Program-made: the position numbers and the translations under genes | In this document: positions 53,351 through 64,000 of the stretch, one piece after another | How positions within the stretch are numbered: the first letter of the stretch is position 1 | Layout of the letters: every line of letters begins with the position of its first letter | Notes under the pieces: generated by a model | What the model was told of the DNA's origin: nothing | The model's database searches: none | The model's input: the letters and a program-made list of their open reading frames with translations, nothing else | Assembly (NCBI GenBank): GCA_002633005.1 | Contig: NMRA01000522.1 | Location: 1-64,000, forward strand | Source of the DNA: Phoronis australis | Lineage: Eukaryota > Animalia > Phoronida | DNA length: 64,000 nt | Direction of reading: 5' to 3'

Positions 53351-54420
53351 AGACTCTCACGTCATTTCCAACCAATGCACACCAACTCCTGCCTTTATTT
53401 TTTATCTTTGATGGTATCCCTTGATCAATTTTCCTGGGCGAAGTCACTCGACAACTTGGAAGCCATCTCCTGAGAACAATTAATGAACATAGCTCAATTA
53501 TTTTGTCATTTTAGTTTTGTGAGTATGTACTTTGTTTTGTTGCCAACCATATTTATGGATATTTGCTGATTTTTGTGGTTGCAACCCAATATGAAATTAC
53601 ATTTTGTGACCATGAACAATGTGGTAGATATCACAAACCAAAAATCAGATGTTTATATAAAAATTTGATATTTCACACCTGCTATATACCTGCTTTTTGT
53701 CAGTAACACTAGGTGGAGGTACTACTTGATACACGGAGTATATGGCTTTTGACATATGTGATGGGGAGCCACATCAACACTTCTCATTGAGCTTGGTCTT
53801 AGTCAGTAAAGAATGGTCAATTCTTCTCAAGCTGAGAAATTGCGTATAATATAAGAAGGGAACAAGTTGAGACTAAGTTTATAATTATACAGAAAACTTT
53901 CCAACAAAAAGTTGTTTACCGGTACCTGTATAAAGTAGGTGCGAAGCAGTTTTACACGGTGACAGTTGTCATGGAGCAGCTGATTGCGCGTGTGTGTAAA
54001 CACTTCTCATACAGAGCAAGTTGACACCGCTGCGACCATTTTGACACCAATTTCAGAGGTAGAGCGAGTTGCACTCGATCAGTTAGAGTTTCAACTACAC
54101 GACTGTCTAAACACAATTGGGGCAGGGTGGAAGGGGATCATCTTTCAATGCATTTGTGCAATTGCGTATATATGGGTGATTTACTGACAATCCACATGGT
54201 TTGGACGTTTGCTAATTGTTAATGCGAGCATGTGCAGACAGTCTTCGTGTAAACGACTCATGCTGATCCAGTTTGCCATCTAATGTCCTGTAAATCCTAC
54301 TTAAGTGGAATAACTCACATTGCGACAACTGTTCCCATTGTAAAAACAACTTTACAAACAATTACTTGATTGTCTGGTCTTGGTCAATTAAATAGAAGTA
54401 CACTTACAAAATATGAGGTG

Positions 54421-54552
54421 TCAGTTTGGCCTTGGTGATTTAAATGAAAACACACTTACAAACAATGACTTGTCTGTTTGCTCTTGGTTATTTGAAAACC
54501 TGTCTTGGCCTCTTCTGGCACATCCTGAAATTTCCAGCCTTTGTAATTGAAA
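54421..54552 (-). CDS. Neuropeptide precursor second coding exon: FQLQRLEISGCARRGQDRFSNNQEQTDKSLF (then VSVFSFKSPRPN-stop, or a splice at 54460)
   Basis: Strong acceptor tttgtttgtttcag, phase 0 and open. It supplies the 'xxRxxxxC' second cysteine typical of the precursor-related peptide. In-frame stop at 54421-54423, with an in-phase GTAAGT donor at 54459. Confidence 0.72.
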   Translation of the reverse strand, partial: FQLQRLEISGCARRGQDRFSNNQEQTDKSLFVSVFSFKSPRPN

Positions 54553-56051
54553 CTGAAACAAACAAAGTGAGTAGTTTGTTGAACAGATAGCATTTTGTTT
54601 TTCTATGTTGTTATAAAGTTGCATTCAATGCACTTTCGCTATAATTATTTACGAACTTGGTGTCATTTTTAGTAAAGGTTTTGCTATTTCTGCCAAAAGA
54701 TCTATGGATAGCTCTTTCATTGCAGTGATATATGTGGCATGGTGGCAATACAGTGAGAGAGCACATGAAAACACTACAAACTAAACTTCTAGTTACGATA
54801 TTTATATTTCCTTTTTCTTCGGAACACCTTTTCCTACCATGAGAAGAGGGTCAAAGCTTATGGAAGAACACATAAAATGACATAATAGGAACCACAAGCA
54901 TTGAAGTGCACAGTTGTGACCACAAGTGAATTGCCTTTACTAACTTATAAAAACATTTCACTGTTATTTTTGGTAGATTTTTTTAATTTGAAAAACGTTA
55001 ATTTCACTCCAGGTTTTTGCTACGTTTGTTGGATTATAGTGCTACATCAAATTTTACAATGATGTCATACACAGACTTGTTGATAACGTCCTAAATAACA
55101 TTTAAGCCGTTAAAACATAAAACTGACATTGTGTAAATAAATGAAATTACTTAATGCTTGGCAAATGTGGTGGATGTTGTTTGCAAGTTTACAGCAGCTG
55201 AGCAGATTGTCTACAGTTTACAGCAGCTCAGCAGATTGTCTACGCTGCATTTTTGGTTATTTCAAATAACAAAACAAGCTTTGTTCACATATGTGTGAGG
55301 AGTGACAAGTTATTTCATAGCACATATGCTGTTTGGGGAAAAACTTCCACATGATTTCACATTGTTTGAAAGATTTCATAGCGTCTACCGGATTGGTGGT
55401 CCGGTGTTAAGAATTTGAAAGTGTTTTGGGTTTGCCACGAGGCCATGTTTAATTCGTCAAGTCACATTTGCTGTCATCCACATATGTTCCACTTGTTTGT
55501 ATGTTAATTTACGTTGGAGTGTAGCAAAGAAACTTAATATTTGTGAATTGTTGTGTAAGTGTATGTTTTCTCTTTATTTTGTTTGTTCAAAATCATCTCA
55601 AGCTCATTGTGTAGTTGGCTACATACTTTTACCCACTAGGGGTCAGTTTTCATTGTTCCTTCTCCTTATATCCTCGTGTATCGCTAGTGTCCCAAGGACT
55701 TTTTAAAACCATCTTTCATGCTGAAACCATGCTTGGCTGTATTATCTTGATCAACATGTTGGAAATATCAAAAATTGATTTGTAAAATTATGTGTATTGG
55801 AGAATCCAAAAGTGATGTAGCTTGAGAACAATTCAATGCATCATTGATAACCTGGGTTTGTAGCTTCAAATTGATGTTTAACATGTTAAAACAATGTATT
55901 GTGGCTACACTTAGAGAATATTGAGAAAATCTGTGGGCAAAAATGAGGATGTCCAAAGCATTTGGAAAAATTTTTGAAGAGCAATTCTGAGAATAATTTT
56001 TGTTTGAAATTGATGAAATTTTAAAGTTATCAGTTAAGAACATAATATCAC

Positions 56052-56231
56052 CTGCACAAAATTAATAAGCAGTCTCCTCATGGATGTCCTCATCACTCTA
56101 CATTGTTGTTGTGCCTGAGTTCGTTTGCCTGGGGGATGCCACCCTTTGCTGAACTGCACCTGTTGAGCCTCAGTGACCAGGAGGATGACCAGCAAAGTGG
56201 CTAAGATCTTGATGGTGTCTGGGTACTGCAT
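56052..56231 (-). CDS. GnRH/AKH/corazonin-superfamily neuropeptide precursor, first coding exon: MQYPDTIKILATLLVILLVTEA-QQVQFSKGWHPP-G-KR-TQAQQQCRVMRTSMRRLLINFVQ
   Basis: A hydrophobic signal peptide ending T-E-A is followed directly by a Gln-initiated peptide with the FSxGW core and a G-KR amidation/cleavage signal. Acceptor ttcctag is just upstream (exon starts 56243). Donor CAG|GTGATA is at 56051, phase 0. Confidence 0.92.
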
Positions 56232-59200
56232 TTGTACAGAGGCCTAGGAAGAGTTTATAGGGAATAGTGTAGAAATTGATCAACTCGCTGTTTTGTACGA
56301 GACAAAATGGTTTCAGTGATATCCTATTATTTTTCAAACAGTAGTAGAAGTAGTATGGTAAATGTTCTCCAGTTTGGAAAGTCTTGGCACACTGAAATTC
56401 TAGCTAAAATTGAGTTTTCGTGATTCTGAAGATTGGAATGTGAACGATTTGGCATTCATCATATATTACAAATATTGGACAATGTCTTTTGGGTGAACAG
56501 AGTCTGTTAATGTACTTTATTTTTGGCTGCTTTTAAAGCCATTGAAAATAGCCGCTTTGAATTTGAGAAGCCCAACATTGCCATTCTAAAATTCGGTATA
56601 AGTTCCGACCTCGAGCAAAATAATTTTTTAACAATCCCAAACTGGATGATTTCTGCCATAATAATGTTGGTAATAACGTTAGCAAGAGAATTTTTTTTCT
56701 TAAAAACCATAAAAGTTCAATCTTTTCATGAAAAAGCAGAAATTTTGAAAACACTTCCTCATAGTGTTTTGGAAAAGAATACAAGCATGTGTGAGATATG
56801 ATATTCTGAAGTTACTAAGTTTGAACATTTTTCTGGGGTCCAACGTAATCTCTAAGACCAAAAGTTTTGTGAAACAGCCCTGTAGTTACTTCCTCTAAGG
56901 TTCTGAACATCTTTAGAAAGTTCGTATAATTAGTTCAAAGAACCTCTGCTGAGTGCTCACATATTGACAAAGTGTCACATATCTTACACAACCTGGGTGA
57001 TAGATACTAATTAGACAGATAATATGGCCATTCTTAGTCTCATTAGTACCAGATTCTCTGTATGGACTTCTGCAGATGTTGGTGTTGGCGTACTTTTACG
57101 TTTTAATTGAAAAACATTGTAACCATCTCTGTCAATAGTGGCGAATCATTTATTATTTTTAACGATAAATTCTATGAAATGAAAAGTTGAATCACTGGAA
57201 TATATTGTCTGAGGAAGAAGTTTTAACCATGTGGTTTTATCTCCAATTTGTAGTGCTATCTCAGGAAGTTTTAATTATCTGGTATTATCTCGGTTACCCA
57301 TTTTCTTGGTTGCCCAGACATAGTGTTTATCCGGTTTTTCTATGTGCAGCAGCACCACATACCCATGGTAAAGACCCCCTTCAGGTTGAACCTTATAGTT
57401 TTAACTAGAACTTCCTGTTCTCTGCTTCAAAATGACATTGAATATGCTTTAGTGAGAGTTTATTGCTTTTACCTCCAAACAAACAAAGCTATTGTGAAGT
57501 TTTTAACTTAAAAACAACCAATTATTTGGTTGTTTGTTGTTCAATCCGCACTTTCTTACTTGATTTAGGCTTTGATTAATTAAAAGGAGCCATCTGTTTG
57601 TGCTGGGATAGCTCATGTATGGGAAATCCCTGCTGAAGAGGCCTGAGGGTTCTACACTATTTTTGTCAAAGGAGGGCAGATGAGAAATTAGGATACTCAA
57701 CTTCTTAAGGATTTGACATTATAAAAGGTACCTTCTTAGAGGAAACTTCTGTGTCAAAAGCAAAGTGCTTGTTTGTCAGTACCCCCAAGCACTTTCTCCG
57801 GGCATTGTAAAATTTTTGCAATTATGATAGATTATAGTGTAAAGTATGAAAAACGTGATATAGTAGGCAAAACTCATCAATTATGAATTTTTGGATAAAG
57901 TAAAATGATGTGAAAAGTGTGTGCTCCTTAAATGATAACTTAATGATGACTACTGAGAGGTGACTGCTTGCTCATCGGATTACTTGCTTCCATTCAAGTC
58001 TATTCTAACTGCATCACAACTCTTCCTCTTCCACTAACTCTTCTTTGACAGTGACACCATATTGTGTGATTGGTTTCTTGTCACAACCGTTAGAGCTTGC
58101 CTATCTGAGTGAAGTTATTGTTTCTCATTGTTAAGGAGTTGCTCAACTCAGAAAATGGTTCATTGTTATGGTAACTTTAGCGCGAAATTTCAAATTAGTT
58201 TGTCATGAAATAGACTTGGTCATTTTCAAACCTACAGGTTTAAAGCACATAGCTGATATAAATCTTGGGGAAAGTCTTGCTGGTTATGGAGTGATCTGAA
58301 CCGTTCCATTGAATATGAAGTAACTGTAGATACTTAAGTGTGACAAAGTTTAGTTTACAGTTAATACCGTCATTCTAAAGTCAATGCTTTGTATTTGGTT
58401 CTTGGTTGATAGTACTTTTAAAACAACACTGGGTGACTTTTCATACGATATTGCAAAAGGCTTTAGTTTTAACTGTACTGCGGTATCTCCAGCATTTTTG
58501 TAATATCCCAGTTCCTTCATTTTCACCTGCTGCCAATCTTTTTTAATTAGTCTTCATGTTTCCAGAACCCCTCTCACCTGTTGTGACAATATCATATAGT
58601 ATTCTGATGAAGTTACTTCAGTTTGGAACGCAATAGAGTGGACCAGTGAAATTGTATTTTGTAGCATATTTTCAACAAAAATAAGCATTTATAAAACTTA
58701 AACTTATGAAAGACCCTAGAAAAATGTTCAAATTTGGCTAAATTTGGAACATCATATTTCAGAAATGGGAGCTCAGATTCATATGAAACCTGCAGATATA
58801 CTTCATGCTCAGTTCTCCAAAACGCATCAAGGGCTATGAAGAACGGGACTTTTATGATTTTCATGAAAAGTCGATTAGGTTGCTTAAAACGAAAACGGAA
58901 GGATATTTTAGAATACTGTATCAACGTTTTTGTTATCTTGAACATACATACGAAATAAAATTTGATCATGTTATTTATTCTGTTCTTTTGCTATCAATGT
59001 GCCTTTCTTTTTTGCTAAAATTTATTTATAAGACATGATCACGTGACCAATTACTGGCGGGATGGTAAAAAGTAAAAAATCAAATTGTACAGGCTTTCTA
59101 CATTAAGAAAATATGTGCCGAGTTAAAATCTCTGGTTATTTGCCTAAATACACAGACTTTTTACTTATGCCTTGCATAACTTTAACTTGCGCAGTTTACA

Positions 59201-59324
59201 TTCTACAGTTAGCAACTAAAGTAGGATGGAATGCTGTGCATTTTCAACAATGGAATGAGCTTTGAAAAGTGAAAAATAGCACTGTTGGCCATTATTTTTA
59301 TTCAATTAAATCAGTTTTTGGCCA

Positions 59325-59418
59325 CAATAATATCAAAAACCGGACGATCGCCGCACAAATAAAAAAGTTCATGTTCAATTCAACGTTTCGTCTTTTCATT
59401 AGACATCATCAGGATCAT
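59325..59418 (-). mobile_element. Penelope-like LTR remnant with a minimal hammerhead ribozyme core
   Basis: Minus strand reads CTGATGA-T-GTCT-aatgaaa-AGAC-GAAAC-GTT. Stem II is intact and stem III is the palindrome AACGTT. Stem I pairs poorly. Confidence 0.45.
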
Positions 59419-59464
59419 ATTTAAATTTGAAGACACTTCACCATATACGTAAAAATCAACTCAC

Positions 59465-59563
59465 CTTCTTGCTTCTTAGTAATACCTGTACAAGTGAAAA
59501 ATTCAGTCAAAACTGTTTGATGTGTTATGTGTACCACCTTTTATTAGGAGACTAGCCAATCAC
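59465..59563 (-). promoter_or_regulatory. Candidate core promoter and ~50-nt non-coding first exon of the nested neuropeptide gene
   Basis: On the minus strand, TAATAAAA (59546-59539) lies ~32 nt upstream of an Inr-like ACAGTT (A at 59514), followed by donor AAG|GTGAGT at 59465/59464. AGCCAATCAC box at 59554-59563. Confidence 0.45.
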
Positions 59564-59971
59564 AAGCGTTGTCGTTGTGTGTTGGCGGATACAACTCTGC
59601 TTATACATTTCTCGTAGTCTGTAATTACCCTAATGTGGACCTAGTAATAATTGCCCTGATTTCAGGTGTATTTTTGTCTATTTAAAATTGGGGTGACACC
59701 ATCAAAGGGTGTGATGACTGTGCTCCTTAGAAGTAAATAACACCCGCTGTCACATCCGTTAATTAGCAAAAATTATAGCATAGAATTTGGTTTTGATTTA
59801 AGTTAGATTAGTTGACTTTTGTACGTCAAAGCATTAGCGTTGTATGAATTAATTAATGTGTTATACTTTATACTCGTTTTTACTATTTTTGATCATTTGC
59901 ATAAAATATTTCACAGATTTCTTTTTTCCTGAAAACAGAGCTTCAGGACAACCATGTATTATTGATATGTT

Positions 59972-59979
59972 TGACGTCA
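59972..59979. promoter_or_regulatory. Perfect CRE palindrome TGACGTCA ~460 bp upstream of the candidate neuropeptide TSS
   Basis: The sequence tttgacgtcaaa is seen directly. Function is inferred from position only. Confidence 0.3.
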
Positions 59980-61120
59980 AATTATTAAATGCATTTAGCA
60001 TATTGCACTTAACTTAATTAGTATGATAACTGTATATATTATCGGTAGTTGTGACAAGTTGACTTAAAACAAAGAAATACTGATGCAACAGTGCAGTACC
60101 TCTCATTAAATGTTCAAATATCACATCTCAGAAATGGCTAATTTGATTCATGCGAAACTTTCAAATACTCCGCTATGTGCGCTGTTCTCAAAATGTTTTT
60201 AGGAATTGTTAAAATCTGACTTTTATGATTTTTAAACTCAGAAGTTGCATAAAAGGAAAATAACAGTTTAGCGTTTTTTCAATTCAGATCTTTGGACAAA
60301 TATGACTGCCATGGCAACCCTGAAGGCTGTTTTAGTTTCCGACGAGACATTACTTGTGCATCACTTTTTTGGCAATTTTTATGAAACGTAGTACAGAGGA
60401 ACACAGTGGGAATGCACCAGCACCAGCACCAGCACCAGCACCAGTTGATTTTCAAACAAATTTGGTTGCGGTGGCACCCCTGTTGGTCCTCTTAGTTTTT
60501 GATAAGAAATTGTGGTTTTATTTTTGGAAAGAAATCTGGACGAAGTTTGCCAACTTGATGTAGAGGTATGTGGCAAGAATATGCCATCGCCAGTCAATTT
60601 TCAGGGTGATCTGACTTCCTGGTACCTCCTGTTGGCTGTTTTACTTTTTGATGACAAATTCATTTTCTACTTCATTTTTATATTCTTTTAGTTACATATT
60701 GTTTTAATGATTTGATAGATTTCGTTGAGTCTTGACACAATGGTTTATGGCTAGGATGCACTAACACCTGATTTTTGGACAATTTTACAATTGTATCACT
60801 GGTTGGCGGATTTGTTTTTGATGACAACATATTGCTTGTTGGTCAAGTACCGTCAAAAGAACTGAACAAATTTATGGAAAAATTGAACATCTGAGCCCTT
60901 GGGCGCTAGCTGCAAAATTATACGTCTACGAATGGGACTTACATGATTCTAACCTGATAGAGTTTGTTATAATGTGTGGCTGTTGGATTTACACTATGAC
61001 CTCATAGATACTCATAGTCTATGATGGCCTATGGTGCTAGTTTGGTTTCAACTAGAGTGTTGTAATAAAGTGTCTTTGATACTGAGTTTCCTCAGGTCTT
61101 ATATTTGTGTCTCATTTCAG

Positions 61121-61218
61121 ACGTGTGAAAGCTCACTAAAGCATAAAACAGAACTGGTTACCAAACTAGAGCAGAAGACTGTAGAAATGGCTTCCATGTT
61201 GAAAAATGTGGAAGAAAA
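61121..61218 (+). CDS. RUFY2: RUFY exon 11: TCESSLKHKTELVTKLEQKTVEMASMLKNVEE; gene continues past the window end
   Basis: Acceptor catttcag and donor GTAAGT, 98 nt, phase 0-2. Coiled coil collinear with recalled RUFY2 (LKEKNEIIARLEEKT). Confidence 0.9.
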
Positions 61219-63034
61219 GTAAGTTTTTCCTTTCAACTTTCTATGTTTTTGTTTTCTTAAAAAGGGTTTGTTTCATTGAACCTGCTTATTGAGGTTCACA
61301 CTACATTTGGATGTTTTATAACCTCTGTAAGCCTTCGAGTTAGTCTATTTAAATTGGTTTACTCTAAAACTTTGAGTGTGCTGTTAACGAGATATGGGTG
61401 CTTAAGTGTGAAATGTAAGAAACTAGTATAGAATGTTAATACTTGCATAGGCACTTGTCCTGGCATGGTGATGTAAATTGGAATTACACAGGGCCAAAGT
61501 TAAAAGAATAGGAGACTTTTCAAATTGGCGCTCTCTAGACTAATGAGAGCACAGATGTGATTTCGGATTGATCCTGATTGATTTGGTGGATAGAAATTCA
61601 ATTACTACATACTCAGTGGTTCATTAATTTAAAAACAGATGAATAAATTCCACTGTCAGTCCCTCCCATTGGTTGATTAGTTTAAGTTCAGTAATTTAAT
61701 GTTGCTTTTTGACATTGGCTGTGATGAAATTCTAGCATTTTATCAGCCGCAACCACTGACTTTGTCGTACGTGGATACGTCTTTGCAGTGGGAAATAGAT
61801 GGAACGTGATGTCCTTGTTCATCCGGTGACATTTCAAAAGATTATTCATAAGACATTTAGTAAATCCCTCTTCACAGCAATGGAAAACATTATAATGGCA
61901 GGAAAGATGTGAAAATGCTTATTATACCAGTAGGTTGAAATCTCCTGTCGGCATTACATTGGATTTGTAGGTTGTACTGAACACTTGTTCACCAAAGACC
62001 TGATGTTAACTGGCGAGTTAGTGAATTTCAATATGACACGGTTATTTCAAAAGTCAGCTATTAGTTACAACTTATTTATCATGGCATGTTGCCAACACGC
62101 AAGTGTTCGCTAACCAACATGTGTGTAAGTCACTAAGTGACTGGAGAAAATTGAAAAAATACCTATCAAAATTCTAGGACTGACCTGCCAAATAAATATC
62201 AAAGTCGTTGAAGATGCAAATCATTGAATTCTAAGCCTAAACCTCCTTTGTTCACAGTTTGCAAGGAATTAAAACATCTTATTACCATGTGTTACAAGGC
62301 AGTAGCTGTCATATTGATGTACTGTGATGGTGCAATGTATGTCACAAGTAAACACATTGATTTCATGAAACTTCATATTCAGTAATCAGCTGTGCATGAA
62401 ACAAAAGTCTCCAAATACATTAAATTTGTGTTGATTTCCACTAGAGGGCGTATCCTATCATTCTTTGTACGTGTACTTGTCATATGTGGATTGGGTCGTC
62501 CCAAATAGGTCATCTAGAAACATGGCAGCCACAAAAACATCATGTGACCTCTCCATGCTTGCTTGCTACTTAATTCTGAACATGTCACTACCTAGGCTGG
62601 GGCTTGGCTACTGAAACTGTAAGAAAAGGTAGATTCTTCATAAAATTAAATTTATTGCAGCACATAATGTTAGACCATGGCTGACAATGGTCTTGGTAAG
62701 TGCAAGCTAAACAACGCGACTACTTTTAAATAAATGTATTTCAGAAACTGCTAATAAGATGTTTCTGGATTCGTCTGTCCGACTAAGAATTGATCCAGTT
62801 TGCATTTAGAAAGCAGACTTTTACCAGTTTGCAATAATTGGTGAAAAACACTGCCGAGCTTAAATCAAACATTTTCAAAAGTAGGGAATGGGTACATGCA
62901 TTAGGCACTATATCCCATTGCCCAACTATGAATGCTTCTTAACAGTTGAAATTACAATAGCCACGACACACAATGCCTAGACTTTTATGTATAATAGCCA
63001 CAGGAGTAATGGATTTTGAGAACCAGTTTAGAGT

Positions 63035-63345
63035 ACTTAAAACTACCATTTATTTTGTTTTGACAAGTGACAACATTGTCAGCATCAGTGCTCTGTTATA
63101 GCACTGTACATCACGAATGTGAATACAAATATCCCAAAAAATGGAAATTGAAGAAAAGTGACTGAAAGTTTTTTATCTCCCCAGACATGAGTATGGCGTA
63201 TGAACGTGCCCAGTGCCAGAGTGTCATGTCCACCAACACAAGAGTTTCTTGTACGAAGTTTTGCCTTATCAATGCTTCTCTGGTGTCTCACAGGAATGTG
63301 ATAAAAAACACTGCATAGTCAAATAATTACCATGTTGTCACAACC
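63035..63345 (-). repeat. Interspersed repeat; inverted copy of 31585-31925
   Basis: Reverse-complement similarity over ~300 bp. Confidence 0.8.
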
Positions 63346-64000
63346 ACGGTCCATCACAAGTGTAATGCCTTGCCGCTTCTTATTATACCAACAATAACTT
63401 ACGACTTTTCACACTAAACACAATGGAGGATGACTAGAACTGTGATTGGTTGTCCCGATTTTACGTAGTATGTTTTGACCAATAAATGCTCTTACCTCAA
63501 GATCAGCTAATTATCATGTCTTCAGATAGTGTGTGTGGGTGTTCTTATTTGACAGCTGATCGACTGGTGGAGATGTTTTTTGTGTTTTGACATGAAATTG
63601 GCGATTCCAAATACTTTGATTAATTCACATTCAATTGATAAAACAGTTTGTCAACATGCAGGACTCTTGTAAGTGACTATTATCTGTTATAACTGGCTTC
63701 TTTTGTTTGATGTGTTAAATGAGATAGCCATCAGTGATAACTGCAGCCTATTGAGGACAAATTCAGGCCGTCAAGTTTTCTATTTTTTTGAGGGACTCAT
63801 ACCTGACATTTAGTTCATTGGGCTTAAAACGATTGATGCTGCTGGGTTAGGTGAACTTTTTCTTTGAGCTTCAAACATGTTACAACTGGGGGCATCTAGT
63901 TGTGTTTTTACACTCTTGAAAATCGAAGGTACAAAGAGCAATTACCTATACGACTAAACCCCCCACCTCTCATGCACATTGCTATACATGTGCAGACAGC

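Noticed and set aside
52698-53411. Longest ORF in the window (237 aa, HKLHVICRL repeats) and its antisense ORF
   Set aside because: Artefact of a stop-free 30-bp minisatellite. No splice or homology support.
60354-60563. ORF with APAPAPAP tract
   Set aside because: Caused by a (GCACCA)n microsatellite. No exon support, and RUFY exons 10 and 11 join without it.
61219-64000. Further RUFY exons including the FYVE domain
   Set aside because: No phase-2 exon with coiled-coil or R(R/K)HHCR motif recognised. Presumed to lie beyond the window.

Overview
AT-rich, repeat-dense animal genomic DNA. The neuropeptide and repeat families suggest a marine invertebrate, probably a lophotrochozoan (inference). 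The scaffold has N gaps. The main feature is a + strand, multi-exon RUFY1/2/3-family gene (RUN domain plus coiled coil). Eleven phase-compatible GT-AG coding exons run from 17653 to 61218 (451 codons), and the FYVE-encoding 3' end lies beyond the window. A complete-looking antisense neuropeptide gene of the GnRH/AKH/corazonin superfamily is nested in the 14.9-kb intron at 46267-61120. Its predicted mature peptide is pQQVQFSKGWHPP-amide, and it has a candidate promoter of its own (TATA-like, Inr, CCAAT, CRE). RUFY also has a candidate 63-nt SPRR-rich cassette exon that appears to reuse a duplicated splice acceptor. The rest is transposon-derived: an RTE LINE fragment, a decayed AcademX element, Helentron/DINE-1-like non-autonomous elements (one apparently heterozygous), TA-flanked TIR elements, TTAA-flanked MITEs, a Penelope-like hammerhead remnant and many minisatellites. 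Family assignments come from motif recall, not from database searches.
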